DNA of 37,942 nucleotides from an uncultured archaeon (GCA_964534625.1 CAZHRF010000019.1:13578-51519), one strand, 5' to 3'. Positions 10,436 to 20,583 are shown, counted from the stretch's first letter. Numbers and translations: made by a program. The notes: a model not told the origin generated them from the letters alone.

Positions 10436-12841
10436 TTAATGCATAGCTCGATTCATTGTTGCATCAACTAGTTTCATCTTTCTCACATGACGTACTCCTG
10501 CCCATATTCCAACAAAACTGGATAACAATGCAACACCTATTGTTATAATGAAACTAGTTGGTTCTAAATATGTTTGCACATACATCATATCTTCGAGCAC
10601 GGTATTAAAGCGATTTATTCCAAGGAATCCAATTGGTATTCCAGCTAAGGTGCCAAATATAGCTATTATAATTCCTTGTGTGCCTATTATTTTATAGAGA
10701 TTAGCAGTACTTGATCCTAATGCACGGAAATTCATAAATTCAAGTTCTCGATGCATTACATCCATTACGATTGTATGAAAACTAAATAGTGACAGTACGA
10801 TAAAACCAATTAAAATTACCATATAGAGGACACCTAAAATTGCTTCCATCATATGTAAAATCCCATCATGTATCTCTGACTTTACAAGTATGAAAGATAT
10901 GGCTAATGGGCTTTCTAATAACTCTTTTTTAGCAGCATCCACTTCACTAACTCTCAATAACGCACCTGTGGCCATTTTCTTTAGTCCCAGTATTTCTTGA
11001 GCGAGATCATAACCCACAATAATGTTTTGGTCAACTAATTCTTGAAGAATATCAGCAACTACTAAACTATGATTTCCTATACGTACACTATCTCCTATTG
11101 TAACCTCCAATCTTTTAGCGATGATTGAACCCAGATAAACACTATTGTCATCGTGTAAACCTTGAGTTACATTATGGCCATTTTTTGTATTAAATCCCCT
11201 TAGTGAGGTATTATATTTATATCCTTGAAGTTGTGTAGATCGGGTTTTATTATTATCTACAGCTGTGATTTGTATTTGAGCATTAATGAACAATTCAGCT
11301 TCTTCAATATGATCAAGAGCTTCAAATTGTTCAACTAGACCTGTCTCATTTGTAGGATTAAGCATGTATGCAGCCATATCTTGTCTTTCGATGTCGATAT
11401 AATAGTAGTCTAATTGATACATAAAAGAATTCACAAACCCCATCGTACCAAAAACAATAAGCATTGAAGTACCAAAAGTGATAAAGGTAAGCAAACTCTT
11501 TTTCTTATTTCTTAACAGACCACGAATAGGTACACGAATACTTAGGGACCTAAAACCAGGAATTTTCGTTATTATACGTTCCAACAAAGGCTTTTTGGAA
11601 TAAATTTCTTGTACATAAGCGGAAGATAGTGCGTCTCTAGGTTTTATTCGTGCTATGCTGAGCGAGCTCAAAAGACTGATAACGATAGATATTCCAACAC
11701 TAGTAACTACTGCTAGAATAAACGAAGGTATAGCAGCAGGAATATCGCTTTCACTTACAGGTATTTTTAAGATATCCAAGTATATCTGCTGAAAGCCTAT
11801 AGCGAGAAAATAAGCAAATAGCAACCCCAATATTGACGAAATAATGGATAACACAAAAGCAAACCCTACATAATGGCGAATGATTTTTTGTTTAGAACCT
11901 CCAAGCGAACGCATTACTCCAATATATGTTCGTTGGCTTTCAACCAATTTGCTTATAGCATCCCAAAGTATAAAGATCGCTACTATCAGAACCATGAAAC
12001 CAAAAATATACGCCATGTCATCCATAAAGCCTATATCTTGTTCTCTCATGAAGGTATCAGGTTCGTCTTCAGCTTTGGTTATTGAAACAAGGAACCCCTC
12101 CTGCTCAAATGTTTTTATTACGTCATTAATTACATCATCTACATTGGCATCGTCTTCTATTCTAACTAAAACTTCATTGAAAAAGCTACCCAAACCAAAC
12201 ATTCTTTGGGTTTCAGCGATAGGCATCCATATAGGTGCCAAATTTTCAAAATCAGGTAAAGCAGTTAGTCTATTCACCACATAAGTGTACTCGGGGCTCC
12301 ATACCACTCCTCTAACTAAAAAGGGCTCATATCCCGTACCATTAAATATTCTTACTGAATCACCAACTTTAATTCCTTTTGATTCAGCAAAATGAATATT
12401 TAGAAGGATCTCGGGTGCATTAAAGCTACTGAAATATTCCCCTTCTTCTATCAAAAAGCTGTTTACTCTAGGGAGTCTATCTCCAGGTATTCCATGAATA
12501 TACGTAGTATACTCTTGAATCAATCCCTCTTGCTCTTGATCTTGTGTTCCTATCTTTAACGCAGATGGTTGCCAAATCCTATAATCATAGCTACTAATAC
12601 CTGACACATCCTCGTCAAAGTTGTCTAGATAGGATAAATGGGCGTAATTGTTGAAAGATACCCGGAAATCTTGATAATTAGTTACGTGCTCTGTTTCATC
12701 AAAAGATGCAACAATATTTACATATCCAAGCATAAATCCAGCAAAGATACTAATTGACATACCAAGAGTAAGGATAACAACAATTGAACGAGCCTTTGAT
12801 CTCCAAAGTTCTCTAAAGATTTTCTTTATTAAAATTGCCAT
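10436..12841 (-). CDS. ABC transporter permease, FtsX/MacB-like, two permease halves
   Basis: IGVMRSLGGS and FMNFRALGSS motifs; two large extracytoplasmic domains. Confidence 0.92.
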   Translation of the reverse strand: MAILIKKIFRELWRSKARSIVVILTLGMSISIFAGFMLGYVNIVASFDETEHVTNYQDFRVSFNNYAHLSYLDNFDEDVSGISSYDYRIWQPSALKIGTQDQEQEGLIQEYTTYIHGIPGDRLPRVNSFLIEEGEYFSSFNAPEILLNIHFAESKGIKVGDSVRIFNGTGYEPFLVRGVVWSPEYTYVVNRLTALPDFENLAPIWMPIAETQRMFGLGSFFNEVLVRIEDDANVDDVINDVIKTFEQEGFLVSITKAEDEPDTFMREQDIGFMDDMAYIFGFMVLIVAIFILWDAISKLVESQRTYIGVMRSLGGSKQKIIRHYVGFAFVLSIISSILGLLFAYFLAIGFQQIYLDILKIPVSESDIPAAIPSFILAVVTSVGISIVISLLSSLSIARIKPRDALSSAYVQEIYSKKPLLERIITKIPGFRSLSIRVPIRGLLRNKKKSLLTFITFGTSMLIVFGTMGFVNSFMYQLDYYYIDIERQDMAAYMLNPTNETGLVEQFEALDHIEEAELFINAQIQITAVDNNKTRSTQLQGYKYNTSLRGFNTKNGHNVTQGLHDDNSVYLGSIIAKRLEVTIGDSVRIGNHSLVVADILQELVDQNIIVGYDLAQEILGLKKMATGALLRVSEVDAAKKELLESPLAISFILVKSEIHDGILHMMEAILGVLYMVILIGFIVLSLFSFHTIVMDVMHRELEFMNFRALGSSTANLYKIIGTQGIIIAIFGTLAGIPIGFLGINRFNTVLEDMMYVQTYLEPTSFIITIGVALLSSFVGIWAGVRHVRKMKLVDATMNRAMH

Positions 12842-12853
12842 AAGAACACCCTT

Positions 12854-13591
12854 CTATGCCTCTGTTTTAACTTTCTTAGACTTGACGCCTATCCCTCTTG
12901 ATGGTGGTTCTGTATGCACTTTTCCATTATGCATGTAAAACACACGATCAGCTAATTCTGAGATGGATACATCATGTGAAACAACCGCAAAAGTAATACC
13001 TTCATTTTTGTTGAGATCACGCATGACATCAGCAACTTCTTGTCCTGTTTCCCAATCAAGATTACCTGTTGGTTCATCAGCTACAATTATGTGGGGTTTC
13101 TTGACTAAAGCACGTGCAATAGCTACGCGTTGCTGTTCACCACCAGAAAGTTGACTGGGAAAATGGTCTAGACGGTCTTTGAGTCCGACAGAAGTTAAAG
13201 CCTCTGTTGCTCGTTCTTTCCAGTTAGTCATATCATCAATCATTTCCAAGGCTAGACCAACATTCTCTAAAGCAGTTAGAGAAGGAATTAAATTAAAAAA
13301 CTGAAATATCCAGCCTATTGTGTCTCTTCTATGCTTTGTGAGTTGTTTATCATTAAACTGAGATACTTCTTTACCGTCAACAAACACTTGACCTTCAGTT
13401 GGCGTATCAATACCACCAATCTGATTTAGTAAAGTAGTCTTGCCTGAACCTGAAGGACCAAGGATGACTATAAAGTCTCCTTCAAATATCTCAAGATCAG
13501 CACCTTTTAATGCATCAACGGCAACTTCACCAAGCATAAATGTTCGTTTAACATTTTTCACTTCTATTAATGGCTTGTCTTTATTATTCAT
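12854..13591 (-). CDS. ABC transporter ATP-binding protein (LolD/MacB-like)
   Basis: GPSGSGKTT, LSGGEQQRVAIARAL, ADEPTGNLD, VSHD; start at ATG 13591. Confidence 0.95.
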   Translation of the reverse strand: MNNKDKPLIEVKNVKRTFMLGEVAVDALKGADLEIFEGDFIVILGPSGSGKTTLLNQIGGIDTPTEGQVFVDGKEVSQFNDKQLTKHRRDTIGWIFQFFNLIPSLTALENVGLALEMIDDMTNWKERATEALTSVGLKDRLDHFPSQLSGGEQQRVAIARALVKKPHIIVADEPTGNLDWETGQEVADVMRDLNKNEGITFAVVSHDVSISELADRVFYMHNGKVHTEPPSRGIGVKSKKVKTEA

Positions 13592-13595
13592 AGTA

Positions 13596-14240
13596 TCACT
13601 TACTATCTTTTTGTACCTTCTCTGAAGTAAACATCGCAATAATCTCATCCACTAAAAGATCATGATGGTTAAGTAGTGAAGTTAATTCAGGGTCAATATC
13701 TGCTAGTTTAGAAAAGTTAGAAAGATAAAGAGATAAACCATCCAAAAGAGCCAATAACAAAAGACTGCGTAATTTGGTGTTTTTTAAATCATACTTAGAT
13801 AATAACTGGTTAACTATCCCAACATATGGAAATAATATGTTTTCCATGATTTTTAACATATATGTATAGTTAGGATCAGTTTCATTTATCTCGCTTAGAT
13901 GAAACATAAACCACACAAGCATTTTCATAAAACCAGGTGCTTCTGATTCAATAGTTAAAGTCTCTGTCAGAAAAATTTCAAGTGCATCACCAGTATCTAG
14001 TTTTTGTATATTTTCAGGTAAGAGATTATTGTAACTTATCATAAAGTCTTCAATGGTAGCCAAACCCAACGCTTCTTTTGTTGAAAAGTGATGGAAGATA
14101 GTACCTTTAGAAACTCCAGCTCGTTCAGCTATTCTATCTGTAGATACGGCGGTATACCCTTCAGTGAAAAATAACTCTTTTGCTACATCCAGTATTTTTC
14201 TCCTTGTCTTTTTTCTCTGTTCTTCTCTACGTGGATTCAT
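13596..14240 (-). CDS. TetR/AcrR family transcriptional regulator
   Basis: ILDVAKELFFTEGY..VSTDRIAERAGVSKGTIFHHFSTKE. Confidence 0.95.
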   Translation of the reverse strand: MNPRREEQRKKTRRKILDVAKELFFTEGYTAVSTDRIAERAGVSKGTIFHHFSTKEALGLATIEDFMISYNNLLPENIQKLDTGDALEIFLTETLTIESEAPGFMKMLVWFMFHLSEINETDPNYTYMLKIMENILFPYVGIVNQLLSKYDLKNTKLRSLLLLALLDGLSLYLSNFSKLADIDPELTSLLNHHDLLVDEIIAMFTSEKVQKDSK

Positions 14241-14246
14241 AATATA

Positions 14247-14272
14247 ATATTGACTTATCGGTCAGTCAATAT
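14247..14272. promoter_or_regulatory. Candidate TetR operator
   Basis: Perfect 9-bp inverted repeat atattgact-N8-agtcaatat between a TATA-like CTTATA (minus strand, about 14270-14275) and the TetR ATG. Confidence 0.7.
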
Positions 14273-14393
14273 AAGTTTTTTCATTAATCGATTAAAAGGA
14301 CTAGTATCGAAATGAAACGAGGACATAACGACTATGGAGATATGAATTCATACAAAAAGCATTAAAAACCAATAGTCTTAATGATGATTTAGT

Positions 14394-14996
14394 ATGACCG
14401 AACATTATTTAGAAACGCCGGTTGATCCGGAAGATATTAAAAAGATAAAAATCGGAGATATCGTTTACATTACAGGTATCATTATCACAGCCCGTGATGA
14501 AGCCCATCTAAAAGCGTTAGATCTTCATGAAGCAGGAGAAGAACCTCCTGTTGATTTTAAAGGTAAAGGGCTCTTTCATTGTGGTCCTGTCATGAAAAAA
14601 GAAGGTGACGAATGGACAGTTGTAGCAGCTGGTCCCACCACTTCTGCCCGTATGGAAATCTTTCAAGATAAGTTCATTCGTGCATTTCATCCTGCTGTAA
14701 TTATAGGCAAGGGTGGTATGGGTGACAGAACTGCCAAAGCATGTAAAGAAGAAACATGTATTTATGCTAATTTTACTGGTGGAGCTGCTTTACTCGCTGC
14801 TGATCGAATTAAAAAAGTTGATGATGTATTCTGGCTAGAGGAGCTAGGTATGCCCGAGTGTCTTTGGGTCTATAAAGTAGACAAATTTGGCCCGCTAATT
14901 TGTACAATTGACACACATGGGGACAATCTCATCAAGGACGTCAACGATAAGGTGTTAGAAAACAGGGATAAAATACTAAAGGATTTGGTGGTATAA
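14394..14996 (+). CDS. Class I fumarate hydratase / tartrate dehydratase beta subunit
   Basis: TARDEAH, HCGP, AGPTTSARM, IGKGG, LGMPE. Confidence 0.92.
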   Translation: MTEHYLETPVDPEDIKKIKIGDIVYITGIIITARDEAHLKALDLHEAGEEPPVDFKGKGLFHCGPVMKKEGDEWTVVAAGPTTSARMEIFQDKFIRAFHPAVIIGKGGMGDRTAKACKEETCIYANFTGGAALLAADRIKKVDDVFWLEELGMPECLWVYKVDKFGPLICTIDTHGDNLIKDVNDKVLENRDKILKDLVV

Positions 14997-15875
14997 ATGG
15001 CTGAAGAATTAGAAAAAGTTGTAGAAGAGACTGCTGTTAGATTACTCAAAAAAGCAGCGACTATTCTACCAGATGATGTAGTAGAATCATTGGATAATGC
15101 ACAAAAAGAAACAAAAGGGTCACTGGGTAAATCCCAATTTGATGCAATTTTAGAAAATGTGGACATTGCCAAAACAGCTTCGAAACCCATGTGCCAAGAT
15201 ACTGGACTTGTAGCATTTTTTGTTAAAATTGGCGATCAATTTCCATTACGTTCAAAAGTTAAAGATATACTTATAGAAGCAACTAAAAAAGCCACAGAAG
15301 AAGTTCCTCTTAGACCTAATGCTGTTGATATGTTTGAAGGCAATACTGGAAATAATGTGGGATTGAGAGGTTTTGTTCCTTGGTTCTATTTCGACCTAGT
15401 CGAAGGCGATAAACTCGAGATAGTGGCTATGCCTAAAGGAGGCGGTAGTTCAAACATTGCCAAACTTAAAATGCTCCCACCAGGTAAAGGGTGGAAGGGT
15501 ATTGTAGAATTTGTAATAGAAGCGGTAACACAAGCAGGAGCACTAGGTTGTCCCCCATATACTGTAGGTGTTGGTATTGGTGGTGGAGAAGATATGTGTA
15601 TGAACCTTGCTAAGATGGCACTCTTAAGACCTATTAATGATCGACAGAAAAACAAACAACTCGCCAAATATGAAGAACTAATGCTAGAAAAGGTTAATCA
15701 ATTAGGAATAGGCGTGATGGGACTGGGCGAAGGAGAAAGTGTTTTTGATGTGCATATCGAAATGGCAGCTAGACACCCAGCAAGTTTACCTGTGGGTGTA
15801 GTTATCTCTTGTTGGGCTTTTAGACACAAAAAAGCCATCATCAATGCTAAAGGAGAAATCCTTAAAGAAGAATAA
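14997..15875 (+). CDS. Class I fumarate hydratase / tartrate dehydratase alpha subunit (Fe-S)
   Basis: PMCQDTG, PLRPN, PKGGGS, GCPPY.VGVGIGG, HPASLPV..CWA. Confidence 0.92.
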   Translation: MAEELEKVVEETAVRLLKKAATILPDDVVESLDNAQKETKGSLGKSQFDAILENVDIAKTASKPMCQDTGLVAFFVKIGDQFPLRSKVKDILIEATKKATEEVPLRPNAVDMFEGNTGNNVGLRGFVPWFYFDLVEGDKLEIVAMPKGGGSSNIAKLKMLPPGKGWKGIVEFVIEAVTQAGALGCPPYTVGVGIGGGEDMCMNLAKMALLRPINDRQKNKQLAKYEELMLEKVNQLGIGVMGLGEGESVFDVHIEMAARHPASLPVGVVISCWAFRHKKAIINAKGEILKEE

Positions 15876-16048
15876 AGAAAGAAAATCTTTATTTCATTTA
15901 CTTTTTTTTGTCTTTAGCTAATACAACTTATTTCATGTATTGTCAAAATAAGCTGATACAATTAACCTCCCAAGTTAGATATTTTTAGATATTTTATGCT
16001 TTCGTTTAAAACCAATTCTTAAAAATTGTACTTACTATTATTATACAA

Positions 16049-16717
16049 ATGATTATTGAAAATAGAGCGTATCGAAATAAGTATAAAATATTTCCTAATA
16101 GACGGAGAGCGGGATATGAATTAGCTAAAGTGATTGAGAATGAAAGTATAGGTCTAGTTTTAGCTATCCCCAATGGTGGTGTACCAGTTGCTATTTCAAT
16201 TATTAAAGACTTGAACATAACAAATTTCAATTTACTTTTAATTCGTAAAATCCAGTTACCTACAACTACTGAAGCAGGAATGGGAGCTGTTACCCCAACA
16301 GGCGAGGTATATTTTAACAACCAATTATTGAAACGTATGGACCTAAGTTCTGCAGTTATCCGTGATCAAGTTGACCAAGCTAAACGAGTTATTATGAAAA
16401 GAACAGAGAAGTATGATTTACAGTTTCCTGAGGTTAAAAATAAAAATGTACTAGTTGTTGATGACGGAATAGCTTCAGGTTTTTCAATGATAGCAGGAGC
16501 CTCTTGGTTACAGGACCGAGATGCATCTAAAATAGTTATTGGGACGCCTACAGCCCCATTAACTTCTCTAAAAAAGGTTGAAGAAAAAGTTGATAAAATC
16601 TACTGTCTTAATGTTCATACTGGATTTCCTTTTGCTGTTGCTAATGCGTATCAAAAATGGTATGATGTCCCAGAAGAACAAGTTATAACATTGTTAAGGC
16701 AATTAAAAAAAGAGTAA
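16049..16717 (+). CDS. Phosphoribosyltransferase family protein
   Basis: LAIPNGGVPVA; PRPP loop VVDDGIASG. Confidence 0.9.
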   Translation: MIIENRAYRNKYKIFPNRRRAGYELAKVIENESIGLVLAIPNGGVPVAISIIKDLNITNFNLLLIRKIQLPTTTEAGMGAVTPTGEVYFNNQLLKRMDLSSAVIRDQVDQAKRVIMKRTEKYDLQFPEVKNKNVLVVDDGIASGFSMIAGASWLQDRDASKIVIGTPTAPLTSLKKVEEKVDKIYCLNVHTGFPFAVANAYQKWYDVPEEQVITLLRQLKKE

Positions 16718-16906
16718 ACCAACATTCTCTTATTTTATATCAAAATTTTAATGTACTATTTTTCTTTTAGCTGCACTCAAATGAAAGTTTTAAAAACAGA
16801 TGGGAGTAGACAATTTATAGAGAGTAAGGAGCCCTCTCACCCAAACGTATCCTTGTTTTGTGGAGAATAAAACTCCAAAAAAAATTGATTTAAATCACTG
16901 ATTAAA

Positions 16907-17857
16907 ATGAAAATGCAAATAGTAGAAAAATTTGGGTATGAAGAGCTTGCGGTGTTATATATAGCAAAAAATACAGATACAGGTAATTACTTAGAATTTG
17001 TTGAATCACTTCAACCACCATATCCACGTGAAGAAAAATGGGTTTTGATCATTTCCACGATGTATGGTTGTCCAGTTCAATGCTTCATGTGTGATGCCGG
17101 TACCTACTTCAAAGGTCTCGTTTCAGCTGAAGACCTTCTTAGACAAATCGATTTTCTTATTTCTAACCGTTACTCTTCTGACAAAATACCAGTAAAAAAA
17201 TTCAAAGTGCAATTCGCACGAATAGGTGAACCAGCTTTAAACCCTCATGTGCTGGATGTATTAAGAAAATTACCTGACAGGTACGATGCTCCAGGTTTGA
17301 TGCCTTGCATATCCACAATTGCCCCTCATAAAGGAACTAAATTTATGGAAGAACTATTGAAAATAAAGCAACAATTATACTCGAAAGGCAATTTTCAATT
17401 GCAATTTTCTATCCATTCATCTGATGAAAAAATGAGAGCAAAAATTATTCCTTATCCAAAATGGAACTTAAGAGAAATTGCGCAATATGGAGAAAGATTC
17501 TTTAAAAAGCCAGATAGGAAAGTCACCTTAAATTTTGCAGTTGAAAAAAATAATATTATTGATGTCAAGAAAATAGCGGAAATCTTTGATCCTGAAAAAT
17601 TCTTTATCAAGCTAACCCCAATTAACCCTACAGAAATAGTCAAACACCGAAATCTTGAGTCTCTAATAACCCCTGAAAATGAAGAATTAGCCAAGAACCT
17701 TATTTCTTCCTTTGAAAAAGAAGGATTTGATACGCTCTTAAGTATAGGCGAATTAGAAGAAAATAAGATAGGTAGTAATTGTGGTCAACAAGCAATTAAG
17801 TATGAAGATGGACAATATACTACTATAAACTATATGCCATATCAAGAAAACAAATAA
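16907..17857 (+). CDS. Radical SAM protein, RlmN/Cfr-like
   Basis: GCPVQCFMC (CxxxCxxC), ARIGEP, QFSIHS, C-terminal SNCGQ. Confidence 0.85.
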   Translation: MKMQIVEKFGYEELAVLYIAKNTDTGNYLEFVESLQPPYPREEKWVLIISTMYGCPVQCFMCDAGTYFKGLVSAEDLLRQIDFLISNRYSSDKIPVKKFKVQFARIGEPALNPHVLDVLRKLPDRYDAPGLMPCISTIAPHKGTKFMEELLKIKQQLYSKGNFQLQFSIHSSDEKMRAKIIPYPKWNLREIAQYGERFFKKPDRKVTLNFAVEKNNIIDVKKIAEIFDPEKFFIKLTPINPTEIVKHRNLESLITPENEELAKNLISSFEKEGFDTLLSIGELEENKIGSNCGQQAIKYEDGQYTTINYMPYQENK

Positions 17858-17881
17858 GCACTTGAAAGTGGAGGAAAAGAA

Positions 17882-18553
17882 TTGAAAAAATCCCTATTTT
17901 TTACAGAGGAAAACAAACAAACAAAAATCAATGCATGGGAAAAAGAGATAGGAGCATATTTTTCTAAAAAGAGAACATTCAAAATTGACACCGATAATAT
18001 TGCCTTATTGGTAATTGATCTCCAAAAATACTTTACCGATCCTACTTCACATGCTTATATTCCATCAATCAATACCATCTTGCCTTCAATAAAAAAAATT
18101 ATCCAAATATTTAGAAATGTAAAGCAACCGATTTTTTTCACTAAACATGGTTTACAGCCTCAAGACCAAAAAAAAGCTATTATGACCAAATGGTGGAGGG
18201 GACAGTTATCATTTACAGATCCCATGAGCAATCTATGTTCTAAAATACCAACAACCGATTCTGATTTAATAATAAATAAATCAACATATGACTGCTTTTA
18301 TCAAACAAACCTCGAAAATGCTCTCCTTTCATTAAATATTACTCAACTTGTGATTACAGGCGTTCACACACATTTGTGCTGTGAAACAACTGCTAGGGCA
18401 GCCTTTTGTAGAAACTTTCTTGTATGGTTGCCCATTGATTGTTTAATGACCTACAACGAAAGTTTACATGTAAACAGTCTTAAATCTGCCTCACATGGTT
18501 TTGCAATCCCTACCACCAGTGAAAAACTGTTTAGGAGTTTAAAGGATGAATAA
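17882..18553 (+). CDS. Isochorismatase/nicotinamidase-family cysteine hydrolase
   Basis: ALLVIDLQKYF, K in NKSTYDCF, ITGVHTHLCCETTAR; GGAGG upstream of the start. Confidence 0.9.
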   Translation: MKKSLFFTEENKQTKINAWEKEIGAYFSKKRTFKIDTDNIALLVIDLQKYFTDPTSHAYIPSINTILPSIKKIIQIFRNVKQPIFFTKHGLQPQDQKKAIMTKWWRGQLSFTDPMSNLCSKIPTTDSDLIINKSTYDCFYQTNLENALLSLNITQLVITGVHTHLCCETTARAAFCRNFLVWLPIDCLMTYNESLHVNSLKSASHGFAIPTTSEKLFRSLKDE

Positions 18554-19463
18554 TCACCATACAGCTATAATCATAGGGGGAGGTTCTGCAGGTTGTGCTA
18601 CAGCTATTCAATTAAAGCGATCCAACATTGATTTTTTACTATTTGAGAAGGATGAAATTGGAGGACTTGCTCGAAATGCTAATTTGATTGAGAATTATTT
18701 AGGGTTTCCTCAAGGTATAACGGGTAAAAGATTCATTGCCTTATTAAAGAAACATTTACAGCATTTAGAAATAGTACCAGAAAAAGATGAAATTATACAT
18801 GTGGAATATAATCAAAGAGAACAACTTTTCAGCTTAACTGGTTTACGAGGAGAAAAATATTCTTGCAATTATCTTGTATTAGCCACAGGCACAATTCCAC
18901 GTAAGCTAAATATTCAAGGAGAAGAAGAGATATACAAAGATGGACTGCTCTGCTATGAACCAATTAGTTTGCCTACTAAACTCAAAAATAAAAAGATAAT
19001 AATTGTAGGAGGAGGAGACGCTGCATTTGATTATGCTTTAAATTTATCAGAGAAGGCACGTAAGGTTACAATATTACATAGAAATGAAGGATTTAAAGCA
19101 TTAAAATTATTACAAAATAGAGTGTGCAAAAAAGAAAATATTTTGATACAAACCAATGTAAAGGTATATGCACTAAAAGTAATTAAAGATGGAAATAAAG
19201 AGCAAAATGTAGTGGAACTGGAACAAAATAATGCAAAAAAAATCTTTGCAGATTATGTTCTCGTAGCAATTGGAAGAAAACCAAATGATGCCCTTCTTAA
19301 AAGAAGTAAAACAAAAAAGCTAGTGGATCATAATTTTTGTTTCATTATTGGTGATGTAAAGAATAAGGAATATAGGCAAATATCAATAGCTTCAGGACAA
19401 GGAATAAAATGTGCAATGAAAATAGTGCAGTTAGAACAAGAAAGAAAAAAAGAGCTGGTTTAA
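18546..19463 (+). CDS. Thioredoxin-reductase-like FAD/NAD(P)H oxidoreductase without CxxC
   Basis: IIGGGSAG, IENYLGFP, LATG, IVGGGDAA, IGD; LCYE where TrxR has CxxC. Confidence 0.88.
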   Translation: MNNHHTAIIIGGGSAGCATAIQLKRSNIDFLLFEKDEIGGLARNANLIENYLGFPQGITGKRFIALLKKHLQHLEIVPEKDEIIHVEYNQREQLFSLTGLRGEKYSCNYLVLATGTIPRKLNIQGEEEIYKDGLLCYEPISLPTKLKNKKIIIVGGGDAAFDYALNLSEKARKVTILHRNEGFKALKLLQNRVCKKENILIQTNVKVYALKVIKDGNKEQNVVELEQNNAKKIFADYVLVAIGRKPNDALLKRSKTKKLVDHNFCFIIGDVKNKEYRQISIASGQGIKCAMKIVQLEQERKKELV

Positions 19464-19509
19464 GCGTATAATTAAAAGAATATTAAAGAAAAGAAAAGAT
19501 TTCAAAGCT

Positions 19510-20049
19510 TCACCATGTAACTATCGGTCTTCTTTTATTATCCTTAAAATTACCTGATAAGATCAAAATCAAGTCAATTACCATCCAAATAGCATTAGCG
19601 ACTCCACCTGTAATAACAAGTAACACTATATAGATGATGCCATTAACTATTCTTTCTGCATAAAATTGATGACCACCAACTAATCCAAGAAATATGAGGA
19701 GCAATAACGCCACAGTTCTATTTTTGGGGGATGCCTGCTTGTATTGCTGGGAAGAGTATCTTTTTTGGTGCATGGGTCGTTGATATTGAGCCTCGTGATA
19801 TGGACCTTGGGTGTAAGGACCACTCTGGTTATAAGGACCCCGCGGGTTATAAGAACCACTTTGATTGTAAGATTCACTCTGATTATATGGTTGACTTTGA
19901 TTATAGGGGGGGATGCTTTGACTTTCATAGTTTGGTTTGGAACTTGAATAATCATTAGGAATAGCTAAACTCTCCCCACAATTTTGACAAAATTGAGAGC
20001 CATGAGGGTTAAGGGCTCCACAGTATTCACAATATTCACCTTTGCTCAT
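19510..20049 (-). CDS. Zinc-ribbon + low-complexity repeat + TM2 domain protein
   Basis: CEYCG..CQNCG; YNQS hexapeptide repeats; FLGLVGGHQFY and WMVIDLILI TM2 signature. Confidence 0.85.
   Translation of the reverse strand: MSKGEYCEYCGALNPHGSQFCQNCGESLAIPNDYSSSKPNYESQSIPPYNQSQPYNQSESYNQSGSYNPRGPYNQSGPYTQGPYHEAQYQRPMHQKRYSSQQYKQASPKNRTVALLLLIFLGLVGGHQFYAERIVNGIIYIVLLVITGGVANAIWMVIDLILILSGNFKDNKRRPIVTW
19795..19905 (-). repeat. Degenerate 18-bp coding tandem repeat
   Basis: YNQSQP YNQSES YNQSGS YNPRGP YNQSGP YTQGP. Confidence 0.8.
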
Positions 20050-20277
20050 TTATATAACCTCTTATTCACGATAAAAATATTGACATCGTATGTATTAAAC
20101 ATTTCTTTTTTATTTTGGAAAGTAAAGTTCCTTACCTTCCTTCCAAATTTTGAAAATGCTCCTATTATAATGGCAATTATAAAAAATCGAAGTTTTTCTA
20201 CAACTTTGCTATAAATTCTAATTACTTATAAAGGTTCAATTAATATTTTATATTTGTATAAAAATACTTGTCTTTGG

Positions 20278-20583
20278 ATGATTGTTATGTATTGTAAAGT
20301 AGCGAATTGTAATTTGGAACAAGCAATTGAGAAAGTCAAAAGAACACTTAATGATTGTAAAATAAAGCGTATTGAAAATATACACATCATTCATGGCTTG
20401 AATGAAACATCACCTCTAAAATACTATTTCAGGTCTTTGAATTTCCGCAAATCCATGTTAGAATTTGGTTATAACTTAATTCTAGAAAAGAGATCGTTGA
20501 TAGCTAACGGGAGAATAACGTATAAGATAAACTTTCTTAATAAAAATGAAACCCAGCCCAAGGATTCTATCTATCTATCTTAA
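20278..20583 (+). CDS. Small stand-alone Smr-domain-like protein
   Basis: LEQAIEKV...IHIIHG pattern; canonical DLHG absent; start 20278 or 20287. Confidence 0.55.
   Translation: MIVMYCKVANCNLEQAIEKVKRTLNDCKIKRIENIHIIHGLNETSPLKYYFRSLNFRKSMLEFGYNLILEKRSLIANGRITYKINFLNKNETQPKDSIYLS

Noticed and set aside
16800-16880. yybP-ykoY, fluoride or preQ1 riboswitch
   Set aside because: Only short fragments match (GGGAGUAG; hairpin plus AAAC); the downstream conserved elements are missing.
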